From Syntrophales bacterium (GTDB taxonomy: Bacteria > Desulfobacterota > Syntrophia > Syntrophales > PHBD01): a DNA stretch of 64,000 nt. Below the pieces are notes generated by a model. The model was not told the origin of the DNA, did no database searches, and saw only the letters and a program-made list of their open reading frames with translations. The translations under genes were made by a program, and so were the position numbers. The stretch's first letter is position 1. Each line of letters opens with the position of its first letter. This document shows, piece after piece, positions 19,425 through 30,900 of this stretch. The DNA lies in the NCBI GenBank assembly GCA_963668175.1, contig OY764159.1, positions 96,001 to 160,000 of the forward strand, written 5' to 3'.

Positions 19425-21149
19425 CTATTTCCAAGGCTTCAAAGCTGCGGCATTCTTTCCGGCAATGCGCCCGAAGACAATCAATTCGGTCAGATTTCCG
19501 CCTCCTTGATAGACGAATTTCAGTGCGGAAGATATCTCGCCGGCCGTAAATAACCTGGGAATGGGCTTGCCTTCCCAAGTGAGGACCTCTCTTTGCGCAT
19601 TCGCCATGATGCCGCCTTTGGTATTCGGCCCACCGGCAACAAGAGGCAGGGCATAGAAAGGAGGCTTTTCGACGGGTTTCAGCGTTCCGGCCCTGCGGCT
19701 GAAATCTTCATCCTTCCCTTTCTTGCAGAAATCGTTGAAGCGGGCAACGGTCTTGCTCAGGTTGGATGCATCCATCATATTCCTGTTCTCTTTTTGATTC
19801 TTAATCTTCTCGGCCAGGGCCTCCAGGGTGTCCGCCTGCAGAATCCAGCCGCGATTTATCGCGTCCATATTATCCTTGGTCCAGGGGACGAAACCGAAAC
19901 CGGCCGTCGAAATACCGAGGGACGTTATGGTGACATTGGCCCGTAACGTTTCGTCAAAGATCATCCAGCTCGGCATCCGCGGGTATATCAGGTTGGTGAT
20001 GTCGAATTTGACCGCTTCCTTATAGAAGAAGTAACGGCTTGGATCGGTTGTAATCAAAGTCTCCGCGGCATAACGGTTGCCGTAGTTGTCGACGACGATG
20101 GAGTTGGCCCCTCCGACGGAATCGGTGATGATTCCCATTTTCAAACCATAACGGCGGATGGGAACGACCATGATCATCCGGGATGCCGCCTTGCCCACTT
20201 TTGCCAACCCGGCACCGATCTTCATGGCCATCGCAATACCGTCACCGGTATTTTCCGGGCTTCCGTAAAAAGCCCATCCTTCGATTCCCGGTCCTTCCAG
20301 GAAAGCCTTTCGCATAGGCACGCTGTATTCATAACCGCCGGTCGTAATGATAACGGCCCTTTTGGCCTTACATGTCACCGTACCACCGTTTTTCTTTTGG
20401 CCGACCACACCGAGGATCTCTCCATCATCGTTTGCGATCAGACGAATGGCCGGCGTTTCCCACAGAATATTGACTTTTCGCTTTTCAACCGCCTCTCTCA
20501 GTACGGTAAAAAACGCCTCGCCGTTCATTTTTTGGTTCTTCGGCAAATCCTTCGTGGGGACATCGAAACTGGCCTTGTCCGTAAACGAACTTCCGTATAC
20601 GCGATACTTGCACTCTTTGGCGCCCGGGAAATTGGGGAAAGCGGCGCCCGAGAAGCGGGAAAAGGCCACGACATTGAAAGTCGGGTCCAGCTTCTTTAAA
20701 TAGTCGACATTCTCCGGAGAAAGATCGGCCCAGGCCTGCGCCAGGCCATCGGAAAATTCCGGCTGTTCGCCTTCCAGTTTGGCCGGGATATTCTCTCCGC
20801 TGAACATGGCTTTGGCATATGCCTTCAGCGCCTCCTTGTTTCCCGTCGGATCGGGGCAATGGAAGATACCGCCGGACATACGTGTATTGTTGATCAGATT
20901 GTTCTGAGGTTGCTTTTCCAGGATTATAACCTTCGCACCAGCGTCGGCAGCTTCGATAGCCGCACAAGCCCCTGCCCCGCCGAATCCCAGGATCACGACA
21001 TCGGCTTCTTTATCCCATTTCTTGGGAATCCCTGCCGATTCGGCAGTTCCCGTCCCAAGACCCGTCAAGGCCAGTGCACCCGTACCGAGAGCTACGCCCT
21101 TGATCAGATTTCTCCTGGTTACTCCTTTTTCCGAGATTTCTTTAGCCAT
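19425..21149 (-). CDS. Tat-exported FAD-binding flavoprotein (flavocytochrome c flavin subunit family)
   Basis: TRRNLIK twin-arginine signal; VVILGFGGAG FAD motif; ITTGGY, NTGDG, IPRLFTAGE. Confidence 0.88.
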   Translation of the reverse strand: MAKEISEKGVTRRNLIKGVALGTGALALTGLGTGTAESAGIPKKWDKEADVVILGFGGAGACAAIEAADAGAKVIILEKQPQNNLINNTRMSGGIFHCPDPTGNKEALKAYAKAMFSGENIPAKLEGEQPEFSDGLAQAWADLSPENVDYLKKLDPTFNVVAFSRFSGAAFPNFPGAKECKYRVYGSSFTDKASFDVPTKDLPKNQKMNGEAFFTVLREAVEKRKVNILWETPAIRLIANDDGEILGVVGQKKNGGTVTCKAKRAVIITTGGYEYSVPMRKAFLEGPGIEGWAFYGSPENTGDGIAMAMKIGAGLAKVGKAASRMIMVVPIRRYGLKMGIITDSVGGANSIVVDNYGNRYAAETLITTDPSRYFFYKEAVKFDITNLIYPRMPSWMIFDETLRANVTITSLGISTAGFGFVPWTKDNMDAINRGWILQADTLEALAEKIKNQKENRNMMDASNLSKTVARFNDFCKKGKDEDFSRRAGTLKPVEKPPFYALPLVAGGPNTKGGIMANAQREVLTWEGKPIPRLFTAGEISSALKFVYQGGGNLTELIVFGRIAGKNAAALKPWK

Positions 21150-21340
21150 TTCGGGAATCTCCTTTCCACAATATGATGATGGTTCGATAAGATGTTATTC
21201 TGTTTCGGCAACTTATCTCTTCTCTTTATGTATCACATTTTCATCCATTAATCCGCATTTTTTCATCACTTTGAAGGGCTTAGGACCACACGTGGGCATC
21301 CATTACCGAAAACGCTATCGAACCTCGTGAATCCGACTGT

Positions 21341-22261
21341 TCATTTCATGATAAGCTTGAATGATTTCAACCTGTCCACGGGGTAGTAAGACTTCTTGGA
21401 ATGGGCGAGATCGGGAAGCCCCATATCGCTTTCCTTGTTGATATAACGATAACCCGTAAAAAGCTGTTTGGCACACTCATTGTCGAGGAATTGATACAAA
21501 CCGCGGATATCGGAAAAGGCCTTTTCAAAATTGAGGACGCCGGTCGCATCGTTCAATCGCGAAGCGATCGCCAGCGCACTGACGACACCGTCAATTCGGA
21601 TTAAAAGCCCCCTGCCTTCGAGCGTATCGACAGAACGCAGGGCCGTTGTCAATGCTCTCTTTTCGCAGGCGAGGCTTTCATTTTCCGGTCCATCGCAGTC
21701 GCCATGCTCGGCGCACCATTTCGTCAAAAATTCGAGACACTCTTCTGCGTGGCTGCTCGTCAGGCGTTCCATGGCCACTCTTCCCGTATCCTTGTGCGTC
21801 CGGTCGAATTGGTGGATCAGATTTCGTTTCTTCGAGAATCGATTGCCTTTCAGGAGGGCGAGATCTTCTGTCAGATAGATGTAATCTTCATACTCGGGTT
21901 GCTCCGAGACAACGAACAGGGATTCGACGGCAGCAAGGTCGAACTGCTGTAAATAATCCGCCGGAACGAACCAGTATTCCCGATAGTCCAGTCGCCGGGC
22001 CAGCTGATGAAGATACTCGGGGGAGAAAGACCCTTTGGGGTTTACGGGCAGGACCAGATAGCGGTCCTGCGGGTTGTTGACGGCCTCATTGCCGAGAATC
22101 ACTGCCCCATCTTCGATGGCATAGCTGCTCGTATACTTTTGCCCGCTCCAAACAATGACCGACAAAAGGGAATAGATGCTCAAACGATAAGGCTGGTTGA
22201 CAAAATACGGATTAAGCAATGCATAATCTTCGATGCTTATTGGCTTCATGGAAATACGCAC
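21341..22261 (-). CDS. DUF2156 / phosphatidylglycerol lysyltransferase C-domain-like protein
   Basis: DYIYLTEDLALLKGNRFSKKRN, FEKA, INKESDMGLPDLAHSKKSYYP. Confidence 0.8.
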   Translation of the reverse strand: MRISMKPISIEDYALLNPYFVNQPYRLSIYSLLSVIVWSGQKYTSSYAIEDGAVILGNEAVNNPQDRYLVLPVNPKGSFSPEYLHQLARRLDYREYWFVPADYLQQFDLAAVESLFVVSEQPEYEDYIYLTEDLALLKGNRFSKKRNLIHQFDRTHKDTGRVAMERLTSSHAEECLEFLTKWCAEHGDCDGPENESLACEKRALTTALRSVDTLEGRGLLIRIDGVVSALAIASRLNDATGVLNFEKAFSDIRGLYQFLDNECAKQLFTGYRYINKESDMGLPDLAHSKKSYYPVDRLKSFKLIMK

Positions 22262-22284
22262 CTCATTTTACTCTTGGTTGTCTT

Positions 22285-22707
22285 TTATCCTTTCAACAGC
22301 ATGGGCCTGGACGCAGCCATCGCTTTAAAGCCCAGCTTCTCATAAAATCGAAACGAATCCCTCTCTGCAATAAGACCGATCCACCTCAAGCCGTCCGCAT
22401 GCAGCCGTTCGATGATCGTCTCGATCATCATCTTACCGATCCCTTGGCCCCGGCGAGACAACGATACTTTGACGTCCTGGATGTAGGCATCGCTGACACG
22501 GTCGCTGATCGCCCTCGCCATGCCGACAATCCGTTCGCCTTCGAAAACCGCGAGGAAACAATGACTGCCGGAAATGAGCCGCAACACGAGCCGGGGATCA
22601 TCCCCATCTTCAACTTCCCACCAGCCCTCTTCCTGATAGAGGGCAACAATCTGCCGGATTTGATCGGAAGTGACGGTCGTAACGAATGTATATTGCCTAT
22701 CCGGCAT
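22285..22707 (-). CDS. GNAT family N-acetyltransferase
   Basis: AYIQDV, RRGQGIG, FYEKLGF. Confidence 0.9.
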   Translation of the reverse strand: MPDRQYTFVTTVTSDQIRQIVALYQEEGWWEVEDGDDPRLVLRLISGSHCFLAVFEGERIVGMARAISDRVSDAYIQDVKVSLSRRGQGIGKMMIETIIERLHADGLRWIGLIAERDSFRFYEKLGFKAMAASRPMLLKG

Positions 22708-22728
22708 CTCGGGCTCCTTTCTTTTCGT

Positions 22729-23403
22729 TTACGCGGTAAGACGGCCCTGCAGGCCCGGGGCCATCGTCTTTTCCAGATGCATCCGCTGACACTCAAACTC
22801 GTCATGGTTGTCCGTTGCCGTAAACTTGATCATTTCGCCGAAGGATATGGTCACTCTGGAAAAGGGTTTGGGAAGGAAGAAGTTGTCCCAACTGTTAAAA
22901 TACCAGGCACGGTTGGCAGAAGTGTAGAAAGGAATGATCATGGCGTCCGCCGCGTGGGCGAGTCTTATCACCCCTGCCTTGACCTGTCCTGCCGGTCCCT
23001 GCGGACCGTCAACAATGTGCCCTACCATCCGCGACTGCCCAAAGCGCCCGATGATTGTTCGCAGGGCTTCCGCTCCGCCCCGCGAGGAAGAACCACGAAT
23101 AGGTTGCCAGCCGCTTCTCCTTGCGACGTCCGCAATAATCTCCCCGTCCCGGCTCTTGCTGATCATGATAGACGGATTCAAATGCCGATATTTCTGAAAA
23201 TAGCGGATGGCCGAAAAGAACTGCTGGTGCCACGCGCAGAGGACAACGGTCCCGCCTTGATTCACAAACGTCAGCCATTCGGTCTCATTTTCAATCCTCA
23301 GTCTGAAGGTAAGGCTGTATAAACGGATAAACCGGTATAAAAAAGCCAGAAAAGGCTTTGTCGTCAATACATTTTTCATTTCCATAACGGCGCATCGACT
23401 CAC
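22729..23403 (-). CDS. DUF374 / lysophospholipid acyltransferase family protein
   Basis: AWHQQ, ISKSRDGE, RGSSSRGG, VDGPQGP, SWDNFFLPKPFS; true start may be a few codons downstream. Confidence 0.85.
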   Translation of the reverse strand: MSRCAVMEMKNVLTTKPFLAFLYRFIRLYSLTFRLRIENETEWLTFVNQGGTVVLCAWHQQFFSAIRYFQKYRHLNPSIMISKSRDGEIIADVARRSGWQPIRGSSSRGGAEALRTIIGRFGQSRMVGHIVDGPQGPAGQVKAGVIRLAHAADAMIIPFYTSANRAWYFNSWDNFFLPKPFSRVTISFGEMIKFTATDNHDEFECQRMHLEKTMAPGLQGRLTA

Positions 23404-24362
23404 TTTCCTTTGTAAATGAAGCGTTCAAAAAATCGGTTAAAGGGCGTCCAGTCGGACTCGCTGTCATGGGCCGAATTTCCGATAAACTCCTGAAAGGCGT
23501 TCACCTTGGCATCGAGATCATCCATATAGTGCACGACAAGGGCTTCCACGGTTTTCGGTCTCTTTGGCGATCCGTATTCGAGAACGCCGTGATGGCTCAA
23601 AATCAGATGTCGAAGCGTCATAGCCAACTGGGGCGGAAAGCTCTCAACGGTCGCAATCTTCGCATCCAGCATTTCGAGACCGATTACAATGTGCCCTATA
23701 AGCCTGCCTTCATCCGTATAGTCAATGAGGCTGTCATAGGAAAATTCGTAAATTTTGCCGATGTCGTGGAGGATGCTCCCGACCAGCAGCATGTCACGGT
23801 TGACTCCTTGATAATGATGGGCAGCAAAATCGACAAGACGGACAACCGACAGGGTATGTTCGAGAAGCCCCCCCACATAGACATGATGGAACCCCTTGGC
23901 GGCCGGCGCGCGCTTGAAAAGGCGGAGGATATCTTCATCCTGCAGGAAGGCATCGAGCAGCGCCCGCAGATGGCTGTTTTCGACCTGCTCGACGAAAACC
24001 ATGAGATCTTTAAACATCTCGTCGATATCCTGCTTTGCGACCGGAAAGTAATCGGCCGGATCGATGTCCAGATTGTCAACCTTGACCACATCAGCGACGG
24101 AAAGCTGCACGGCATTGCGAAAGTTTAACGCCCGCGCGGAGATTTGCACGATGTCGCCTTTTTTGAACACCTTGTCCCATTCATGGGCATTATCCCAGAC
24201 TTTGCCTTCCACTTCCCCGGTCCTGTCTTTCAGGCGGAGGTTCAGATAAGGCAGTCCTTTCTGCGAATAGGCCAGGGTCTTCTCCGCGACCAGGAAATGG
24301 TCGCTGATTTTAGCCCCCGACTTGATATCCTTGATATAAATATTTTTTGTAATCAAATGCAT
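23400..24362 (-). CDS. OB-fold + HD-domain 3'-5' exoribonuclease (YhaM family)
   Basis: LKDRTGEVEGKVW OB fold; PAAKGFHH, GGLLEH, LHDIGK, ILSHHG. Confidence 0.9.
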   Translation of the reverse strand: MHLITKNIYIKDIKSGAKISDHFLVAEKTLAYSQKGLPYLNLRLKDRTGEVEGKVWDNAHEWDKVFKKGDIVQISARALNFRNAVQLSVADVVKVDNLDIDPADYFPVAKQDIDEMFKDLMVFVEQVENSHLRALLDAFLQDEDILRLFKRAPAAKGFHHVYVGGLLEHTLSVVRLVDFAAHHYQGVNRDMLLVGSILHDIGKIYEFSYDSLIDYTDEGRLIGHIVIGLEMLDAKIATVESFPPQLAMTLRHLILSHHGVLEYGSPKRPKTVEALVVHYMDDLDAKVNAFQEFIGNSAHDSESDWTPFNRFFERFIYKGK

Positions 24363-25156
24363 ACCCTTTCTTCACCATGATAGATTGTCATCTTGTCTCC
24401 ACGCACGGAACCGATGACCGTTATACCGGCCTGTCGGGCCAGACTGAGGGCCGCCGATGTCGGCACGGAGATTGAAATCACGACAGGAATCCCTATTGTC
24501 CATATCTTATGAATGATCTCGGCAGAAATTCTTCCCGTCCGGACAAGTATATTTCGCGATGCGTCCATGTCATTAAGTAACATGTTTCCGGCAAGCATGT
24601 CGACAGCATTATGCCGGCCGATATCCTCACGGACGGCGATGATACCCGACGCATCGGCCAGAGCGGCGCAATGGGTGCCCCTCGTCTCTTCATGAAGAAC
24701 TGCCAGAGAGATCATGTCGCGCATTAATGAGCAGGCTGTTGCCGGCGTTATCTTCATATCTATGCAGCTCTCGAGGGGTTCCCGCATCTGGTTTATCCTG
24801 TAACTCCCGGCACCGCTGGATGCAATGGACCGGACGTTATCAGGTCCCGAAAACAAATCGTTCTTGTTCGCGCAGGAACTTGCCCGGGTGAGACGGACGG
24901 CCCGGCCGTCTTCGGAAACCTGCAATCCGGCAATATCCCTCTTCGATCGGATCAGACCTTCGGACAACAGGAATCCGACAGCGAGTTCATCGATATGCTC
25001 GCCAACGCAGGCGATGGAAACCATCTTTTCGCCGTCGACGAACACATCGAGAGCAATTTCCCGGATGATCGCGGCCCGGACCGGTCGCGAGGAAGAACCG
25101 ATAAGTTCATTCACCTCGCACCACTCCACGGAAGAGTCGCCGGATGTCTTCATCAT
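24353..25156 (-). CDS. fdhD: Formate dehydrogenase accessory sulfurtransferase FdhD
   Basis: ELAVGFLLSEG, TRGTHCAA, REDIGRHNAVD, TGRISAE, SVPTS. Confidence 0.9.
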   Translation of the reverse strand: MMKTSGDSSVEWCEVNELIGSSSRPVRAAIIREIALDVFVDGEKMVSIACVGEHIDELAVGFLLSEGLIRSKRDIAGLQVSEDGRAVRLTRASSCANKNDLFSGPDNVRSIASSGAGSYRINQMREPLESCIDMKITPATACSLMRDMISLAVLHEETRGTHCAALADASGIIAVREDIGRHNAVDMLAGNMLLNDMDASRNILVRTGRISAEIIHKIWTIGIPVVISISVPTSAALSLARQAGITVIGSVRGDKMTIYHGEERVCI

Positions 25157-27072
25157 TTCGCTTCTCTTTCCCTTAGCAGGCGATGTTCGCCGGCCCGGAT
25201 GGTCAGTTTGGTCATATCGAAATATTCCATCAGGGGAATGATGAACTTTCGTGACAATCCGGTCAACTCCTTAAAACTTGTCGGTGTGGCTTTGCCCTCC
25301 CTGATCAGCAATCCCTTATAGTCCTCCCGGAGGTTTTCGAGAACCCTTCTGTCATAGTACAATTCCTCGCTTATCTTGACCAGGGCCCCCTCTCTCAGCA
25401 TAACATTCAGAACATTGACCACCTGAGATTTCTGCCCGGAGAATTTTTCCCCAATCTCCTTGACCGTCGGCGGCGCCAGTCCGCAGTCCCGATAAGATAA
25501 CGCTATGGCGCTCCGCAAATCTTCCATGTCCGCCTTGAGAGCAACTCGGTGGGTCGTCATGCGGACACTCTCTTTATCGATCACGATCTTACCGGCCTTT
25601 TCCATGTCCTTAAGCGCCATATTGAAAATTCTGGCTGCAATATAAGATCCCAATGTTGATCGCAACTCCTCCTTGGCGACACCTTCCTTGAGGACATTTT
25701 TCTTATGGTACGCCTCCAGTTCCCAGATCATGGCGTTTTGGAGAATTTCATAAACGGAACCCGAGACAACCCGGATGGGCTCATGCTCAACCTGGACGAC
25801 CTGCCGCCGGGATATTTGCCCCTCCAGGATTTTCTTCAGCTTATTCTGATGCAGACCCGTCCTGATCACCAGATGAGAAAGATCGATCCCTTCGAGTCCT
25901 GCACGTTCGATAATCGTCAGAGTTCTTTCTATCGGCTCTCCGCTGCAAAGACGGGCAAGCTCTCCGATCGAGCCGGCAGCATTTCGTTTATGCTTTTTCG
26001 GCAGAGGGTCGACGACGGTACCGCCGCCGATGGTCGTTACCGGCGAATAACTGCGGATGACAAACCGGTCGTCCGCCATAACCACCGTCGGGGATTCCAG
26101 AAAGAGCTGGGCATAGGCACGCTCACCCGGTTCGGCGGATTCCTTTTCCAGCAGAATTAATCGTGCAATGATTTCACTCGTTGCCGTATGAAACCTTACG
26201 AGCGTCCGGTTCTTCATTTTTTTTTCATTGACGGCCAGATACTCGAACAAAATGTCAATGCGGCGCGTCGGCTCAAAGGTTCCGGGGGCAACGAGGACAT
26301 GGCCCCTGTCGACCATCGCCTTGTCGATACCCTGAAGGTTGACCGCCGTGCGCTGTCCCGAATCGGCCATGTTGACGGGCCGGTTGTGTACCTGCAGGCC
26401 CCTGACTTTCGCCCGCAGGGCCGCGGGTTGAATTTCTATTTCCTCACCAACACCGACACGGCCCGAGACAAGAGTCCCTGTAACAACCGTGCCGAAACCT
26501 TTTATCGTAAAGACACGGTCAATGGGCAGTCTGAACAGGCCTGCGTCCGCGACCTCCTCGATCCTGTCAGTCATGGATTCCAGCGCTGACATCAGGCTGG
26601 GAATACCCGCCCCTGTCACGGACGAAACGGGTATGATAGGCGCTCCCTTCAAGAAGCTCTTTTCCAGGAAAGCCCGGATATCTTCGGTCACAAGCGACAG
26701 CCAGTCCTCATCGACCATGTCCGTCTTCGTCAAGACCACAATACCCTGGCTGATGCCCAAAAGCGAACATATATCGACGTGCTCCCGCGTCTGGGGCATA
26801 ATCCCCTCGTCCGCTGCGACGACCAGCATAACGAAATCGATCCCGGCGGCCCCGGCCACCATGTTCTTGATGAACTTTTCATGGCCCGGGACGTCCACGA
26901 TACCGAGTATCCGTCCGTTGGGAAGCGGCAGAAAAGCGAAACCGAGTTCGATGGTGATGCCCCGTTCCTTTTCCTCCTTAAGCCTGTCCGTATCTATACC
27001 GGTCAGCGCCTTGATCAGAGACGTCTTGCCGTGATCGACGTGACCGGCTGTTCCCATGACAACATTTTTCAT
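25153..27072 (-). CDS. selB: Selenocysteine-specific elongation factor SelB
   Basis: [37 protein letters not shown]-terminal winged helix with [14 protein letters not shown]. Confidence 0.96.
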   Translation of the reverse strand: MKNVVMGTAGHVDHGKTSLIKALTGIDTDRLKEEKERGITIELGFAFLPLPNGRILGIVDVPGHEKFIKNMVAGAAGIDFVMLVVAADEGIMPQTREHVDICSLLGISQGIVVLTKTDMVDEDWLSLVTEDIRAFLEKSFLKGAPIIPVSSVTGAGIPSLMSALESMTDRIEEVADAGLFRLPIDRVFTIKGFGTVVTGTLVSGRVGVGEEIEIQPAALRAKVRGLQVHNRPVNMADSGQRTAVNLQGIDKAMVDRGHVLVAPGTFEPTRRIDILFEYLAVNEKKMKNRTLVRFHTATSEIIARLILLEKESAEPGERAYAQLFLESPTVVMADDRFVIRSYSPVTTIGGGTVVDPLPKKHKRNAAGSIGELARLCSGEPIERTLTIIERAGLEGIDLSHLVIRTGLHQNKLKKILEGQISRRQVVQVEHEPIRVVSGSVYEILQNAMIWELEAYHKKNVLKEGVAKEELRSTLGSYIAARIFNMALKDMEKAGKIVIDKESVRMTTHRVALKADMEDLRSAIALSYRDCGLAPPTVKEIGEKFSGQKSQVVNVLNVMLREGALVKISEELYYDRRVLENLREDYKGLLIREGKATPTSFKELTGLSRKFIIPLMEYFDMTKLTIRAGEHRLLREREAK

Positions 27073-27307
27073 TCAGTCATTCCCCGCAGAGGACGATCTT
27101 TTTTAGTAACAAACTCCCTCCATTTTCACAACGACTAAAAGTGCGAAGGCTTGCCGCAACCGATAGGTGGTGCAATCCGGTCATGGATGTGGTACAGGAA
27201 CATAAGCAGCCTGTATCCGCAGCTTTCGATCACACGTTCCGGCAAACACTGGTTTGATTTACGTGAAGGATGGCGTTGCAAATGGCCCTGGATCGCGAGG
27301 GTACTTT

Positions 27308-27871
27308 ATGAAAATAGTTATCCGGGGAGGAAGCGTAGCTGCAGGCCACGGTGTCGAACGGGGCTACGTCGACATTCTTAAAAGCTTCTACCATCGAAGG
27401 AACCACGAAATCATCAACCGGTCCCGGGCCAGGGATACGTCATTCGACGGCGTCAACTCCTTCGATGCAGATATCGATCCCCTGAAGCCGGACATCCTGA
27501 TGATTCACTTCGGGATCGACGATGCCTTTTTGCCGGTCTATCGTTCCGAATTCAAGGAGAACCTGGTCCATATCATACGCCGGGCAGACAAGCGTTTTCG
27601 TCCGGATATCGTCCTCGTCATGTCGCACTTGCTTGATAATCCCCGCGAGAGGGATGCCGTCGATATTTACCACCGGGTCATCAGGGAAGTAGCTTCCGAT
27701 CTCGGCTGTGCCATGATCCCGACCCATACGTACTGGGCGGGATACCTTTCTCAGCACAGCCTGAAACCCGCAGATCTTCTGATGCAGGATTCCCGCTATC
27801 CGAATGAAAGGGGGCATGGCGTTTACGCTGAAGCTGTCACTCACTGGCTCTCAGAGCTGTATGGTATCTGA
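27308..27871 (+). CDS. SGNH/GDSL hydrolase family protein
   Basis: GGSVAAG block I, FGIDD, DSRYPNERGH; start placed at the ATG at 27308 after GAGG. Confidence 0.75.
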   Translation: MKIVIRGGSVAAGHGVERGYVDILKSFYHRRNHEIINRSRARDTSFDGVNSFDADIDPLKPDILMIHFGIDDAFLPVYRSEFKENLVHIIRRADKRFRPDIVLVMSHLLDNPRERDAVDIYHRVIREVASDLGCAMIPTHTYWAGYLSQHSLKPADLLMQDSRYPNERGHGVYAEAVTHWLSELYGI

Positions 27872-27912
27872 CCGTTCCCAATGAACGAAGATCGAGGGCT
27901 GACGTGGCGTGC

Positions 27913-30900
27913 TCAAAACGATGCGAGCAATTCCCGGGACTGCTTCAGGAAGACGGTTGCGTCTGTTTGTTCAAAGATATCAACCGCTTCCCTGACGTAT
28001 CGCTCGGCCAACCGGTTCTTTCCCTGAAGGTGGAACAATCTTCCCAATTCCATGGACGCCTGCGCGACGAAGCTCATGGCGCCGATTTGACGGGCCGACC
28101 TGAGGGCGCAGTTGAGATGTTTTTCCGCTTTCTTCCTGGCCAAAGGGACCGTTTTAAGCAGAAACCAGAAATTCTTGGTTAAGAAGGAAATATCCTTCTT
28201 CCCCCCTCCCTGGACTATTTGCAGGTAGATCTTACCGAGGACGCAATTAAGCATGGCATAACGATACATGCTTTCGCTCACATTACAGAAGTCGATGGCA
28301 TTCTCCACGATGTCGACCCCCTGTTGAAGATTTCCCCGCGCGATTTGGACGATGCCGTTTAGTCCCTTGGCGACGGTCCCGACAAAACCGTATCCATACC
28401 TCTCATTGAATAATTCGATTTCGTGGAGGATGTATTCCGCCTGCTGATGTTGGCCGTTTGCCACATAGGAGATGCCCAGCATCAATTTCGCGGTAAACGT
28501 GAACACGGGCTCCAGTGCTGCCTTGATGGATTTTTGAAAACAGTCTATGGCGGAAGGGTAATCCCCCTGCACGAGATAGCTGATACCCAGACAGGTATGG
28601 CCATGGACCATGCACCCCATGTCATCGTAACTCTGGCCGTAGTCCAGAAGGAGCAACCCGGCATCATAGGCGCCGCGGGGCTCTCCTTTAAAATAATGGG
28701 CATATCCGATCCCTGCCGTCGACAAACGGAATATATTCTTGTCAGCAAGATGCAGGTCCATTTTGTGAACGCGCGTGCCAAGGTCAAGGGCTTCATCCAT
28801 GAGCCCCAAGTCGGAACAATTCATACTCAGCCACGTGCTGGCATAACAGATGATCGTCTCGTCGCCGATCTTTTCTCCGATAGCCAAGGCCTTGTGCAAG
28901 TACTCATACCCTTCGCGAAGGTACTCCAATCGTCCGTAAGCCGCTCCCATCCATACATAATACATCCCCAGCCTTTTCTTGTCTCCCAGGGAGACGGCAA
29001 AATCTTCGTAACGTTTCAGGACGTCGATCATCTGGTTATAATCGGCACGATGATAATAGACGACGGCCCAGTTGAGGAAAACATCCATCAACATCATGTC
29101 CGTCTCTCCTGTCCTGTCGGAAATATTGAGCAGCAATTCGAACGCTTCCCGGTAATATTGATGGGCCTCGTCAACGGCATAACGGTCGCGGTTCTTCTCA
29201 CCCGCTTTCGTCAGGTAATAAACGGCCTTGAGCTGAGAGTGTCCTTGTTTGAAATGGTACGCCAGGGCTTCGTAATACTCGGGAAGACGGTCGTGAAAGT
29301 GGGTTTCCATCACACGTCCGATCTTTTCATGGATCTCCTGCCGCTCTTTCTTCAATAAGCCGTTGTAGACGACCTCCTGAGTCAGGGCATGTTTGAATAT
29401 CAGTTCCTGTTCGGATTCAAGCGCATTCCCGGTACGAATGAAGTCCAGGCCTTCCAGACTGCTTATATGCCCGTTCAGATGTTCTTTGAGATCCGTGATG
29501 CTCTCCAGAATGTCATAGAGAAAGGATCTCCCGATTACGGACGCTTCCTGGAGGATACGTTTGGGTTCCCTTTCGAGCCTGTCGAGCCGTGCGGCAATAA
29601 CGCCCTGAACGGTGGAGGGGATATTGATGGATGTCAGCGGTTTCGACAGCAACCAGTGGTTGTTCCCTCTGACCAGTACTTCCGACTCGATCAGGGAATT
29701 GATGACTTCTTCAATATAGAACGGATTGCCTTCCACCTTATCCCAGATAAAATCTCTCAGTTCAGACGGAATGGATCTCGTCTTCAGGAGCGATTTAACC
29801 ATGATCTGCGTATCGGCCGGGGAGAGATCGTGAAGAACGATATCCTGATACGTGGCGGAACTTGCCGCGGGGAAAGTGGACGTAAACTTGAATACCGGCC
29901 GGTAAGTGCAAATAAAGAGCATGGTGTGATTCAATTCGGACAATACGCTGCCCAGCAGTTCCACCGTTGAAGGATCTGCCCAGTGGAGATCTTCTATACA
30001 GATGACCGTCGGCATTCTTTGTGAGAGATTGGCCAGGATCAATTGAACGGCCTCACGGAGCCTCACCTTCCAATACTCCGGCCCGACTTCTTCAATTTCC
30101 GCATACTTCAGAGACAGGAGACTTCCCACGTAAGGAATAAGATCGACCCTTTCCCCTAGGAGGGTGCCGATGACGGATTCTATCTTCTCCTTGATCTGTT
30201 GACGGGAATCGCCCTCCTCGATACGCCAGGTGCGATTCATCAGGTCGATAATCGGGAAATAGGGTATGTTCTGGGCATAAGCGTAGGCATTCATTTGCCG
30301 CCAAAGGACATCATGCCAATCCGACGATTTTCTGAACTCTTCCACCAAACGGCTTTTCCCGGTCCCGGCATCGCCCATGATCGAGACGACCGATCCCTGC
30401 CCTTGCTTGAGACGATCCAAAGCGTCGCCCAATACGGTCATCTCGGCCATTCTGCCGACCAATTCAGCGCTGAGCCCTGAGAGCCTGTGAATTTTTGTAG
30501 GCTCTCCCTTGGTGGCTATGACCTTGAATATCTGGATTCGCTCTTTCTTGCCCTTGACTTGGGCAGTATCAAGTTTCTTGAAGTGAAAGAATCCCTGGGC
30601 ATGACGCCATGTTTCCGCTCCGACGATGATTTCATCCGCCCGGGCCTGTCCAAGAAGTCGTGATGCCACATTGATCGTATCGCCGAGAATGCCATGCTTG
30701 CCTTCATCGACATTGATGTCTCCCGTGACAACGAGTCCAGTATTGATCCCTGTGTGCATCGTTACGGAACTGCCGGTTCTCTTTTCCAGGGAGGGACTCA
30801 TGTTCCGCACGGTTTCATGGATTTCCAGGGCGGCTTTGATGGCCCTGATCGGGTCATCCTCATGGGTTTTCGGAATACCGAACATGACCATGATCGCGTC

